From IMG/VR virus record IMGVR_UViG_3300036791_001093, positions 1-59,212 of that record: DNA of 59,212 nucleotides. The stretch is one strand, 5' to 3'. Below, one piece after another: positions 18,327 to 28,326 of the stretch (position 1 is the stretch's first letter; each line of letters opens with the position of its first letter). The notes beneath the pieces were generated by a model. The model did not search any database. It had not been told where the DNA came from and worked only from the letters and a program-made list of their open reading frames with translations. The position numbers were made by a program, and so were the translations under genes. The DNA is from a virus (Duplodnaviria; Caudoviricetes).

Positions 18327-19514
18327 ATGGCTACTACCAACAACTCCATGACTCTCTTCGACCCGGCGCAATTGCCGGCACATGTCAAGGCGGCACAGGC
18401 GGCCGGGACCACCAACATTGTGACCCGCGGTCAGGTCAACAGCCTGACATTTCCAGGTAAAGTCTGGACCGTCACCATTGACGGCACGGAGCGGCCGCTA
18501 ATGCGGGTAAATCGTGATGGCGAGGAGGAGCTCGTCCAGGTCTTCGACGCAGTGGTCATTGCCTACAACGAGAACCGTGGGCGTGCCTACTACGGCGGCG
18601 CCGCCTATGATCAGGCACAGAAGCGCGCGCCGGTCTGCTGGTCCAATGACGGGATCACATCGAGCCCCAACGCGACCGAGCGGCAATCGGAAAAGTGCAA
18701 CGTCTGTCCGCAGTCCGTCAAGGGTTCGCGACAAACAGACCAAGGAAAAGCGGCCATGGCGTGCGCCCAGCACCGCAACCTCGCGGTCATTCCAAGGAGC
18801 CGCGACCTCGCCACGGCCCCGGTGCTGCGGTTGAAGATTCCGCAGACCAGCGACTTCGACGGTCTGAACAAGGAGGCTCAGGCCAAGCAGATGTTCGCCT
18901 TCACGAACTATCTGAACTTTCTCAAGTCGAAGCAGGTGCCCTTCACTTACAGCCTGACCACCAAGATCAGGTTCGACAACACCAAGCCCTTCCCCAAGCT
19001 GTGGTTCTCGCCCGGCCGGTGGCTGAGTGAGGAAGAGACGGCGGCCTGCGCAGAAATAGCTGCGTCGGATAATCTCGAAGACATGCTCAAGACCGACTTC
19101 AGCGGCTTCGGCAATGCACCGCGGCCGCCGGGAGTCACCGAAGAGGATGAAGCGGAGACTACGGAAATCGCAGAGCCTGCTGGCGAAGAGGAAGACACCA
19201 TAGAGCTGACGCCGCCCACATCATCCAAGCCAGCACCCGTTGCGGCGCTCGCCAAGCCTGCGCCTGCACCGGCGACGCCGGCGCTGGTACCTGCTGCGGC
19301 TATACCTATTTCTGCCAAGGCCAGGGCGGCCCAGAAGAAAGCCGAGGCCGCAGCTGCTGCCGCCGCGGCGCGCAAAGCTGCCGCTCTGGCGGACGAAGAC
19401 GAGGAAGAAGAGCCCGCTGTCGCTATTACATCGGGCCGGTCTTCTGCTTCTGTTCCTGCCGCTGTCGCACCACCGCAGCTCGATACTATCCTGACGGACT
19501 GGGACGACGAGTGA
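18327..19514 (+). CDS. putative single-stranded DNA-binding / annealing protein
   Basis: P.CWSNDG..P, C..CP...GS, AC motifs; Ala/Pro linker and acidic aromatic C-terminus DWDDE. Confidence 0.7.
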   Translation: MATTNNSMTLFDPAQLPAHVKAAQAAGTTNIVTRGQVNSLTFPGKVWTVTIDGTERPLMRVNRDGEEELVQVFDAVVIAYNENRGRAYYGGAAYDQAQKRAPVCWSNDGITSSPNATERQSEKCNVCPQSVKGSRQTDQGKAAMACAQHRNLAVIPRSRDLATAPVLRLKIPQTSDFDGLNKEAQAKQMFAFTNYLNFLKSKQVPFTYSLTTKIRFDNTKPFPKLWFSPGRWLSEEETAACAEIAASDNLEDMLKTDFSGFGNAPRPPGVTEEDEAETTEIAEPAGEEEDTIELTPPTSSKPAPVAALAKPAPAPATPALVPAAAIPISAKARAAQKKAEAAAAAAAARKAAALADEDEEEEPAVAITSGRSSASVPAAVAPPQLDTILTDWDDE

Positions 19515-19543
19515 ACTGACTCTCTTCTCGTTTTTCCGTTTTC

Positions 19544-19577
19544 CACACCCTCGACTCGCACAAGGAGTCGGGGGTGT
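19544..19577 (+). terminator. stem-loop after the SSB-like gene
   Basis: CACCCTCGACTC...GAGTCGGGGGTG. Confidence 0.45.
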
Positions 19578-19620
19578 TGTAGCCTCTGGCCCCATCAGAC
19601 CTACGAAGGGCAATGCCACC

Positions 19621-19944
19621 ATGACTGACCAGGATACTTATGACAAGCTCGTCGCCGAAACATGGGAAACCATCACCGAGCTCGGCAAGAAAAAAGGCGG
19701 CGAATATTCCGGTGACCGCGATCGCTTGGAGAATTTCCGCCGCAACGGCGAGCGCTTGGGCCTGCCGATGGAGGTCATCTGGGCGATCTACGCCACCAAG
19801 CATTGGGATGCCATCACCCAGTATTGCGCTGATGTCCTCGCCGGCAAAAATCGTCCTCGCATGGAGAGTCTCAGCGGTCGGTGCGATGATCTTATCGTAT
19901 ATCTTATGCTTTTTAAAGCTATGCTGCAGGAGCGTGACCTATGA
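19621..19944 (+). CDS. nucleotide-modification-associated (DUF1599/Nmad1-like) helical protein
   Basis: KKGGEYS..D.LENF, KH, E....R.DDLIVY. Confidence 0.65.
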   Translation: MTDQDTYDKLVAETWETITELGKKKGGEYSGDRDRLENFRRNGERLGLPMEVIWAIYATKHWDAITQYCADVLAGKNRPRMESLSGRCDDLIVYLMLFKAMLQERDL

Positions 19945-22829
19945 ACACGCGCAGATTCCTGAGTATCGTATGGCCGCAGCGCGGTCCCTACTGCATCGCC
20001 ACTCCGTGGGTGCGCCCTGATGGCAAGAAAGTCTACGCGCATCGTGGGTGTGACACCCTAGATGATGCGATAATCCATATTTTAAAAAACAAACGATCTA
20101 AAGACTTATATTTTGCACCGCATACGCTGAAAGTGGCACGTGAAGAAAATCCCCAAACTGGAAAGCTCCAGACTTTCCGGACACACGCAAACATGAAGGA
20201 AGCCAGCACCTTCTTTTTTGATATCGACCCAGGTGAGCATTATCCGACCCAAGATGATATCCTTAATGTATTAGAACAATTTTTGTTTGAGACCTGCCTG
20301 CCGGCTCCGTTCGTTGTGAGCTCAGGTTACGGTATACACGTTTACTGGGTCATTGATGTGCCCATTGAGTCCTTGGCCTGGCGCGAGCCCGCAACTCGTC
20401 TCTTTTGGTTGGCCCAGCAGCACGAGCTGCACGTCGACCCCTCCCGCACCACAGACCAGAGTAGCGTGCTGCGTGTCCCTGGCACGCTCAATTTCAAGGA
20501 CCCGGATCACCCGCGCGAAGTCACACTTCTCGCCGAGGGCGTGGTGACTACAGAGTTCCTGGCTCAGCTCGATCGGCTGACCGAGGACTACACCCCCGAC
20601 ACCACAGCGCCCGGTGCGAGGACACGTACGCTGGAGCTACACCCTGTTGCCTGGGACGGCCGCCGGCCGCCGGCCGACGAGGTCGCCACCGTGTGCGAGC
20701 ACATGAGGACCTTCCGGGACAGCCAGGGGAACGTGCGTGAGCCGCTCTGGCACGTCGGCATCGGCACGATTAAGCATTGCGACGACGGTGCTACTGCAGC
20801 GCAAGAATGGTCGAGTGGCTACCCTGGCTACACCGAAAGCGAGACTCAGGCCAAGCTCGACGCCTGGACTCTACCTCCGCCGGGGTGCGAAAAAATCAGC
20901 CATAACAGCAACGATCCGACGGTCTGCGAGCGCTGTCCGTACAGGGACCTCGCCAAGAACCCCGTCCTCATAGCCAATCTGGTCTATGAAAAGACGCACC
21001 AGCCAGGCCCAAAAGTGTTACATGATGTAACACCATCAGTGGAGCCGCTATGCCTTCCACCGGCACCCTACACACTGGACATGACCTACGGGATTATAGC
21101 AAAGAAAGAAGGTTTGATCTGCGAGTTGCCTATGTTCCCAATACAGTGGGTTACAGCAACTTCCAACGAGAACTGTCTTTCGCACTGGTACGTCAAGTCT
21201 CCACGCGATGGCTGGAGAATAATCGAAATCCTGAATGAGGGTTTGGAGCTGAGAAATCTCGCATCAACTCTTCGCAACAAAAACATCATCGTCCTTCCAA
21301 AGCAGATCAAGCATATGCATACGTTTATGCAAGCGTATCTTAAAGAGTTGCGAAGATATACGAACGATCTCCGCCAGTATGATTACGTTGGGTGGGAAGC
21401 CCCTGTTCAAGAACCAACTAAAATCGAGACGCCAGTAGAACTTAGGAACCCAGAGTACTTTATCTTATACGGTCGAAAAATCTCCGTCGCAGATGGCTCG
21501 ATCACACCCTGCGTAATGACAAAGAATACGCAGTTGGATAACATGAGCCGTGTAGGTAGCCTGAGCCAACAAGTCCAGCTCATGAATTTTTACAATGCTC
21601 CAGAGTACATGGCGCAACAGTTTGCCATTTGCGCTTCACTGGCGACTCCATTTTTCTACAACTCAACTCTGCATGGCATGCTGGTTTGTCTGACCGGAGA
21701 AACTGGCTCATCGAAGAGCACTGGCGTGTACTTTGCCGCCAGCCTGTGGGGGCATCCCAAGTACTATCCTATTAGCGGGCTGCGATCGAACAGCACTGAC
21801 AAAGGGCGTTATGAACGCGGCGCAATTGCTCGTAACCTGCCCTTTATTGTTGACGAGATTACACTGTTCGAAGATGCGGTAGCGCACGAGATCGCTCTTT
21901 CGGCCAGCCAACCAGGATCATATATCAGCCTGACATCCAAGCGGGATTTCCGTAATTCTCGTGGGGGGTACAAATCAAATCTGACCATTTGCACTAGTAA
22001 CAAGTCATTGGTGCAAATGGTTAACGCCAACAGTTCCGGCGGACAAGCTGGCATCATGCGTGTCTTTGAGATCAAGGTAAACAGGAATGCGATTCGCACA
22101 AAGGCCGAAGCGGACGATGCCATGCGGCGGCTCATTATGAACTATGGTTGGATCGGTGAAGATTTCCTATGTCGTTGCTTGCCCCACGTTAAAGGCGTGG
22201 GCGACAAGTTCCTCGAAATTCAGCAGCAATTCGAGACTGACATCAACGCCAGCCAGGAAGAGCGCTTCGCGACCGGCTGTGCCGCTACTGGCCTGCTGGG
22301 AGCAAAGCTGGGCTACAAGCTAGGGTATTTCCCATTCAGCTATAAGCTTATGCGGGAATGGCTGATCGACGTACAGATACCTGCTATGCGAAACACAGCT
22401 AAAGCCGAACGCGAGCACATGTCGCCAGAAACTATTCTCAACGAGTACCTGGAGGAGATCAATCCGAATATCTGTCGCGTCGATAAGAACACCAGGAATG
22501 AACCTGAGATATTATACGCACCACCTCAGGTCCCGTTTTACGCACGGTACGAGATATCCAGGGCAATGCTGTATGTACGCACTGGGCCATTCAGAGATCA
22601 TTGCAACAAGCACAGCCACGATTATAACAACATACTCGATCACCTCGTGACGAACGGGCTTATCACGAAAACGAACGTCAGAAAGCGCATGCGGGCAGAA
22701 AATAAGAATTTCAGCAATCCGATCTCGTGCTTCATCGTTCCGGTAAAGTCAACGTCACCGATCGCCGTACCGAGCGCGCTGAAGCCTGACGACGACATGA
22801 AGATCGTCGAGTTCAAGAAAAAACCCTAA
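19941..22829 (+). CDS. AEP/RepB-like primase fused to a DUF927-like P-loop domain
   Basis: FFDID, SSGYGIHVYW, VLRVPGTLN, EPLW, Cys cluster, GETGSSKST, IVDE. Confidence 0.9.
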   Translation: MNTRRFLSIVWPQRGPYCIATPWVRPDGKKVYAHRGCDTLDDAIIHILKNKRSKDLYFAPHTLKVAREENPQTGKLQTFRTHANMKEASTFFFDIDPGEHYPTQDDILNVLEQFLFETCLPAPFVVSSGYGIHVYWVIDVPIESLAWREPATRLFWLAQQHELHVDPSRTTDQSSVLRVPGTLNFKDPDHPREVTLLAEGVVTTEFLAQLDRLTEDYTPDTTAPGARTRTLELHPVAWDGRRPPADEVATVCEHMRTFRDSQGNVREPLWHVGIGTIKHCDDGATAAQEWSSGYPGYTESETQAKLDAWTLPPPGCEKISHNSNDPTVCERCPYRDLAKNPVLIANLVYEKTHQPGPKVLHDVTPSVEPLCLPPAPYTLDMTYGIIAKKEGLICELPMFPIQWVTATSNENCLSHWYVKSPRDGWRIIEILNEGLELRNLASTLRNKNIIVLPKQIKHMHTFMQAYLKELRRYTNDLRQYDYVGWEAPVQEPTKIETPVELRNPEYFILYGRKISVADGSITPCVMTKNTQLDNMSRVGSLSQQVQLMNFYNAPEYMAQQFAICASLATPFFYNSTLHGMLVCLTGETGSSKSTGVYFAASLWGHPKYYPISGLRSNSTDKGRYERGAIARNLPFIVDEITLFEDAVAHEIALSASQPGSYISLTSKRDFRNSRGGYKSNLTICTSNKSLVQMVNANSSGGQAGIMRVFEIKVNRNAIRTKAEADDAMRRLIMNYGWIGEDFLCRCLPHVKGVGDKFLEIQQQFETDINASQEERFATGCAATGLLGAKLGYKLGYFPFSYKLMREWLIDVQIPAMRNTAKAEREHMSPETILNEYLEEINPNICRVDKNTRNEPEILYAPPQVPFYARYEISRAMLYVRTGPFRDHCNKHSHDYNNILDHLVTNGLITKTNVRKRMRAENKNFSNPISCFIVPVKSTSPIAVPSALKPDDDMKIVEFKKKP
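21016..21032. promoter_or_regulatory. 17-bp palindromic site, copy 6 (intragenic, in the primase linker)
   Basis: TGTTACATGATGTAACA. Confidence 0.7.
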
Positions 22830-24019
22830 CGGGCGCCACGCCTCAACCCCATCTGCTGCGCCCCCCGGGCGTTCAATGCCGCAATCTTGCCGCGGCCCAT
22901 CATGTCGGCCGCGGCCTTGTTGAGCACAGCCTCGTGCGGTGCCAGCATGGCCGGCACTTTGTCGACTGTCCCCGATCCCTGCCCTGGCACCGCGGTCGCA
23001 CCGAACAGGTAGCCGGCGCCGAACGGGTAGCCGGGCGCCGAGTGCGCATTACGGTCCATCACGCTTGCCGCGCCCCGGGCGAAGCCAGGAGAACCAGGAG
23101 GCGGCGCGGCTGGTGCCGCGGCTCCCGGCATCATGGGCGGGCCACCGTCGCCCGGAGCTGCCTGCGGACCCACAGCGCCGCCCCCCATCTGGCCGGCCTG
23201 TGATGCAGCCAGAAGCGCCGGCAGGATTGCTTCGAGCCCCTTAGGTGGACCACCGGCCTTGGCATTCTTGCCATTCTTGCCGCCCTTGCCTCCTTTGCCA
23301 GGGGGCGCCTTGACGTTGGCGGAGCCTTTTCGGAGCGGCATCACATCCTCGGTACCGGCTTGATAGGCGTTATCTTGATAGATAGGGACCCCATAGGTTG
23401 TCCCAGGATCATTGATACCCCTATGAATTGTGACTGGCCGTTGAGGACCTATCGGTAAGACTGGTTGGTTCGGGTCCAATGGCCGGTTTGATAAATTTGA
23501 CCGTGGTAAGCCCTGAAGCGGCCGGCTCGGGTTCAATAGTGGATCAACCGAAGGTCTGTACGTATAAGGGGTTATGGGTGCGGGCATAATTTGCCGTGAC
23601 GACGGAGCTGCGAGCGGGTTTGTGGGTGGTGACGGAGTTGTGGGTGCAGCCTGCTGTGACGGAGTTGTGGGTGCAGCATATTGCGCACCGCCCATAGACG
23701 GTGGTGTAACGGACGGCGCTCCTCCTCCTGGATACGCTTGCGGTAGTAGCTGTTTTGCCCGCAACTGGTCATATGTCGATCCCAACTCTTGATCGCTGGG
23801 TGCTCGAAATGCTTGTTCAGTAAGTCCCTCCTGGCGGGTTTTGAAAGCCATAGCTCCATGCAGCTCTCGCAGCGCCGCAGCATTTGTCGCAACCTGACCA
23901 CCTTCCTCCCTGGCTTTATAAGCTTCAGCGACATTTCGCTGGTACTCACCCTCAGCTTGCTTGCCTAAAATCGAATACTTCTGGCCAAGCCAATAAGCCA
24001 TATCCGGAGGCGGTGGCAT
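22826..24019 (-). CDS. putative internal virion protein, Pro/Gly-rich
   Basis: C-terminal D.VPAMLAPHEAVLN..A...G...LN motif common in tape-measure/ejection proteins. Confidence 0.65.
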   Translation of the reverse strand: MPPPPDMAYWLGQKYSILGKQAEGEYQRNVAEAYKAREEGGQVATNAAALRELHGAMAFKTRQEGLTEQAFRAPSDQELGSTYDQLRAKQLLPQAYPGGGAPSVTPPSMGGAQYAAPTTPSQQAAPTTPSPPTNPLAAPSSRQIMPAPITPYTYRPSVDPLLNPSRPLQGLPRSNLSNRPLDPNQPVLPIGPQRPVTIHRGINDPGTTYGVPIYQDNAYQAGTEDVMPLRKGSANVKAPPGKGGKGGKNGKNAKAGGPPKGLEAILPALLAASQAGQMGGGAVGPQAAPGDGGPPMMPGAAAPAAPPPGSPGFARGAASVMDRNAHSAPGYPFGAGYLFGATAVPGQGSGTVDKVPAMLAPHEAVLNKAAADMMGRGKIAALNARGAQQMGLRRGAR

Positions 24020-24028
24020 GATGTGCTC

Positions 24029-26053
24029 CTACACATTTTGGTTATAGTTGGTATTGGTATTGTCAGATGTTGAGTTGATTATTTCATTCACGTTACTGGT
24101 TTGAGTAGTGGTATTGTTGCTGGTGCTGGTGCTGTCGCTGGTACTTGTATTAACAGTGTCACTGAAACTGTTGCTATTACTCGTACTGCGATTGGTATTG
24201 TCACTGGTGCTTTCGCTCTTGCTATAATTGGTGCTTTGGCTGGTGCTGAGATTAGTATTGAAACCTTCACTCGTACTCTCGCTCGACGACCACTGCGATG
24301 AGTTGTGCCAACTTATGGCGCCCAGCGCAGCAGCACCCAGCTGGGCACAGACCTGAGCTCCCACCTTCGAAGCATCGAGGCTCAAACCGCGCGCGGCAAT
24401 ATAAAGGTCGCCGTTGGCCTTAGCAGCCGATACTGCGATCTGAGTGATCTGCGCGTGCTCGTTCACCACTGCTTCCCATTGACTGGTCAGCACTTGATTA
24501 TAGCTTTGGATGGCCGCCACTTGGGCCTTGAAGACCTCTGCGGTTGCGGTGTTGAACAGAGATGCAGCCTGGGCCTGGCCAACCATCCCTTTGATGGCGC
24601 TGTCGTAACCGGCTAATTGAACTTGATAAGCTTGCACCTGGCTCTGAAAGACAGCTACCCGAGCGTTGATCTGGGCAACGTTGGCATTGACCTCGGCGGT
24701 ATATGCATCGACCGAAGTCTTAAACGCCTGCTCGATCGTCGCCTGGGCCTCGACACTCGCTTTGTAGCCCTCGACCTCGGCCGTGTAGGCATTGATCCGC
24801 CCGACGAATGCCTGGATTTCAGCGCCGTAGATGTCGACCTTGATCTTCTCGACATTGGCCTGAGTCTGAATGATCTCAACCTGAGTCTTATAGATTTGAA
24901 GAACAGCTTCGGCCGCCTGGACTTCGACCTCGTACTGTTTGACCAGCGCCGTGTTGATCTCAGCTTTGGTCCGCTCGTACTCGATCTGCGCCTGGGTTAC
25001 CTGAACCTGCGCCATGATCCCCTTGATCTGGGTATCGTAGACCAGCGCTTGGGTTTTGTACGCCTCCAGGGAAGCCGTGTACGCCTGCACCGCCGCATTG
25101 TAGAGAGCTATCCCCGCCTCGGTCGCATATTTCGCAGCCTCGAACGCACGCTGCGCCGTCTGGTTGGCATACTCGATCAGCCGTCCTTCGAGCGCTGTAG
25201 CAGCCTCACGCGCCTTGACGATGTTCTCCAGCTGGAGCTCAGCCTGCTTGGTCATGATCTCGCGTGACAGGCCGGCGATCGTATAATTTGTCTCGGTTTG
25301 TATTTTGATCCTGGCATCAACGAACACGCCGGGCGGGAACGCATATCCCAGCACCTCCATACGATTGAGCTCGGCCAGCGCCGCGGCCTGCTGGCGGTAC
25401 TCGCGCTCGCGGCCAGCATCCCAAAGGGCTTGCTGGACCTGCTTGTTAAGCGTTGTGTACTCGCCGGTGGTGATCGCCAGGTCGAGGTCAGCCTCAAGGT
25501 CTGTTAGAAGCTGCGACGTATAGAGCGCGCCCGGTGTGTAGTTGAACGGTCCCGGCACCGCAGCAGTAAGCGCAGGCACGGTCGCATTGAACGGCGGGAT
25601 CACGATCGTCGGGAAATTCACCGTGTCGAGACTCATCAACGACGGCGGGCTCGGAAGCGTGACTGCGACGGTCGGATAGGTGAAGTCCAGGTTGGTAACG
25701 GGCGCGTCGGGCGGGACGCCCGTGAACGGAGGTGGCGCGGTGCCGAACGACAGTGTTGGCGCGGTGCCGGTAAAGGGGCCGATGACCAGGCCCGACACAT
25801 CCACAGCTCCGGAAAAAGGCGGCGGCTGTCCTGGAACGGTCCAGGTCACCTGCTGCAGGGCGGGTCCCGGCACCTGAGCCGGTACTGGCGGCGTGGCAAC
25901 GGTCGGGAAGCTCACATTGATCGTCGGCGCCGCAAGCTGCCCGGCCTGCGCTTCGAGCTGGGCGATGTAGCTCTCGGCAAGCTGCACGAGCTGCGTCGAC
26001 TCCCGGAACATCTGGTACGGGTCACCCCAGACCTGCGGCGGTATGTACGGCAT
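24029..26053 (-). CDS. virion structural protein with long coiled coil and Ser/Thr/Asn-rich C-terminus
   Basis: 674 aa; Pro-rich N-terminus, Y.A.V.AY repeats. Confidence 0.75.
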   Translation of the reverse strand: MPYIPPQVWGDPYQMFRESTQLVQLAESYIAQLEAQAGQLAAPTINVSFPTVATPPVPAQVPGPALQQVTWTVPGQPPPFSGAVDVSGLVIGPFTGTAPTLSFGTAPPPFTGVPPDAPVTNLDFTYPTVAVTLPSPPSLMSLDTVNFPTIVIPPFNATVPALTAAVPGPFNYTPGALYTSQLLTDLEADLDLAITTGEYTTLNKQVQQALWDAGREREYRQQAAALAELNRMEVLGYAFPPGVFVDARIKIQTETNYTIAGLSREIMTKQAELQLENIVKAREAATALEGRLIEYANQTAQRAFEAAKYATEAGIALYNAAVQAYTASLEAYKTQALVYDTQIKGIMAQVQVTQAQIEYERTKAEINTALVKQYEVEVQAAEAVLQIYKTQVEIIQTQANVEKIKVDIYGAEIQAFVGRINAYTAEVEGYKASVEAQATIEQAFKTSVDAYTAEVNANVAQINARVAVFQSQVQAYQVQLAGYDSAIKGMVGQAQAASLFNTATAEVFKAQVAAIQSYNQVLTSQWEAVVNEHAQITQIAVSAAKANGDLYIAARGLSLDASKVGAQVCAQLGAAALGAISWHNSSQWSSSESTSEGFNTNLSTSQSTNYSKSESTSDNTNRSTSNSNSFSDTVNTSTSDSTSTSNNTTTQTSNVNEIINSTSDNTNTNYNQNV

Positions 26054-26055
26054 GC

Positions 26056-27585
26056 CTAGCTCCCTTGAGGTCCACCCAGGTTAGGGTCCGGAAAGTATGC
26101 CTTGATCTTCCCGGTCTTGACAAACTTGCCTTTGAGGCTCCCCAGGTTCCGTCCCAGCATCCAGTTCAGGCTGGCCTTCGTAAGGTCAACAGCGGGCTTA
26201 CCCAGAACTTTGTTCACGCTGCCGACAGTAGTGAGATCGAACACCCCTGCCGGAGGAGCATAAGCCGGCGTATCAGCGCCAGTCTCCCAGGTCGGCGGAT
26301 CGCCAGCAGCCGTCTTGGCGACGGGGATCATGATCGGTGTCGGGTTGACCGGCCGCTGGACACCGGTCTTGCCCGGAGCGGTAATGAACAAGCGGCGGTT
26401 CGTCTCTATGCCGGTGTCGAGCGTGACACCAGTCCACATCATGAACTCAGCCATCTCGGCTTTGAATATATTATCAACATATTTACTGTGGGCCGGCATC
26501 CCCATGGTGCCAGAAGGCACGCTTGGATTATCTAGCGAGTATGTGGGTATAGGCAAAGTATTATCATTTTGAGACGTACCTGCGACCAGATACGCACTAT
26601 CGGTAATCACATCATTGTCACCATTACCTGTCCAGTTTTCAGATAGCTCGTTCTTGATATAATTCTTGTCGTCAAGAGCGATCCAGAGCTTCACCGCGCT
26701 ATCGACGTAGTTTCCCACCGGCGGAACAAATTCCCCAATAGTACCATGTGACGCGATCGAACCAGTAAGATCGACGGAGATCAACACATGATGCCATTGG
26801 TCTGGAGTAACGTTGATGATACTACTTTTGATCGAACCAGTTCGATCCAGTTGTCCTGGAACTTCTGTGGTAATAGTCTGTGGCGCAGTGCCGCCTGTAC
26901 CAGGGCTTTGTGGCGGCGATGGTGTTGTATTATCGAATCCGTGACCGTTATCGACGTCATTGCTGCATTCGATAATTAGGCATACACAACACAAAACATC
27001 ACAACCGAACGCCTTCTGCCCATCTATGCAGCCTCCACTGATTACTCCAGTAGCACCCTGTCCTGGCGTGATGCTACTTGGCTCAAATACCCAGTTTGAT
27101 ACTGCTGGCGTCTTATTGGATTCAAAATTCACGTACAACGTACCATCACTATTCACCCCAATGACTGTAGGATTAGTAGGTTTTCCAGGTCCAGTTATAG
27201 TCGTCTTTCTAGTATGGCCGTTGTATATAGGAGAAGAGGTGAAAGGCGTTCCGACACACTCATAGGTAAATGTAATAAGAGAGGTCGTACAACAGAATGG
27301 TCCTATTGTACCCGTACATTCCGCGTCGATATTAACGAGCCCACCCTGATAGTTCGTCCCACTGCTTCCAGTAAATGTCAAGACGTGATCATCTATTTCA
27401 GTATTAGTTTCACTATCTCCATGCCCTTCTTGCCCCATGACCACAAGCGGCACGATCCCAGCTAATGGCGTGTCATCGCCAGAAGTAGCGTTTGCTTTGT
27501 CAAGTGACTCTTGTGGCACCCGAAACCAGAATGAGATTACTGCCTTATCAAATCCAGCAATATTTTCCATGGATAGGTAGCTCAT
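26056..27585 (-). CDS. putative tail protein with LamG/concanavalin-like motifs
   Basis: ISFWFR, WHHVLISVD, MAEFMMW; Cys-rich insert. Confidence 0.65.
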   Translation of the reverse strand: MSYLSMENIAGFDKAVISFWFRVPQESLDKANATSGDDTPLAGIVPLVVMGQEGHGDSETNTEIDDHVLTFTGSSGTNYQGGLVNIDAECTGTIGPFCCTTSLITFTYECVGTPFTSSPIYNGHTRKTTITGPGKPTNPTVIGVNSDGTLYVNFESNKTPAVSNWVFEPSSITPGQGATGVISGGCIDGQKAFGCDVLCCVCLIIECSNDVDNGHGFDNTTPSPPQSPGTGGTAPQTITTEVPGQLDRTGSIKSSIINVTPDQWHHVLISVDLTGSIASHGTIGEFVPPVGNYVDSAVKLWIALDDKNYIKNELSENWTGNGDNDVITDSAYLVAGTSQNDNTLPIPTYSLDNPSVPSGTMGMPAHSKYVDNIFKAEMAEFMMWTGVTLDTGIETNRRLFITAPGKTGVQRPVNPTPIMIPVAKTAAGDPPTWETGADTPAYAPPAGVFDLTTVGSVNKVLGKPAVDLTKASLNWMLGRNLGSLKGKFVKTGKIKAYFPDPNLGGPQGS

Positions 27586-27590
27586 GGTAC

Positions 27591-27848
27591 TTATTCATCT
27601 CTCATGATGAACTGCACCATCTCCGCGGATGCAATACTCTCGGGTTGCGGGCTAATAGGTGGGTTAGTAACTGCACCAACTTTTGTTTTGAATGTGATTG
27701 ATTTTAATTTCGAAAAATCTGTGACAACAGTCCCGAATAATTCTTTCATGATACGCATCTGACATTGACGATCGCCGCTATCAAACGCGTCTTTGAGTTC
27801 CTTCAGTAACCTGGCGCGGTCTTCACAACTGAGACAAGTCATGATCAA
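27591..27848 (-). CDS. hypothetical protein
   Basis: Coupled to neighbouring genes; N-terminal CxxC. Confidence 0.55.
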   Translation of the reverse strand: MIMTCLSCEDRARLLKELKDAFDSGDRQCQMRIMKELFGTVVTDFSKLKSITFKTKVGAVTNPPISPQPESIASAEMVQFIMRDE

Positions 27849-28324
27849 GATGCTCCATCAAAGAACTCAACTGCCAAGCCCATTGGTATATCTAGGGTCA
27901 GGAAGTCAGGCTGCCCAGGTTCTGGCTTCTTCTTCTCTTCTTCTGGCAGTGCCGGTATTTCTGCCTCTGGTACTGCCGGCGGTATTGGTACTTTTAACTC
28001 TTCCAGTGCCTCTAGAGGCGGCTGCGCCTCAGGCTGAACGTGGTAATGCAGCCGCTCAAGGTCCTGCACGTGCGTATAATAAACATCCACACCATCCAGC
28101 GGAAGCCTGGCCGTGTGAACGTCCTTGTCTCCAAGCTCGATCTGCTGTCGCTGTACCGCTACGAACCGGTTGATGGCTGTCTGCTGCGATCGGACCATCT
28201 GCTCGGCGAGCGCGTAGGCGTTAATTCCAGCCCCCACCTTGGACGTGTCGATATCTCGGCTGAGCATCAGTGGCACCTGACCCGCTTGACCGAATCGCAC
28301 CCAGGCAGGGGGCTTCTGGGGCAT
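27845..28324 (-). CDS. hypothetical (virion) protein
   Basis: 159 aa in the late operon. Confidence 0.65.
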   Translation of the reverse strand: MPQKPPAWVRFGQAGQVPLMLSRDIDTSKVGAGINAYALAEQMVRSQQTAINRFVAVQRQQIELGDKDVHTARLPLDGVDVYYTHVQDLERLHYHVQPEAQPPLEALEELKVPIPPAVPEAEIPALPEEEKKKPEPGQPDFLTLDIPMGLAVEFFDGAS

Positions 28325-28326
28325 AG

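Noticed and set aside
23625-23670. Short tandem repeats in Pro/Ala-rich coding regions (also about 44630-44675 and 51020-51180)
   Set aside because: Ordinary low-complexity linker expansions.
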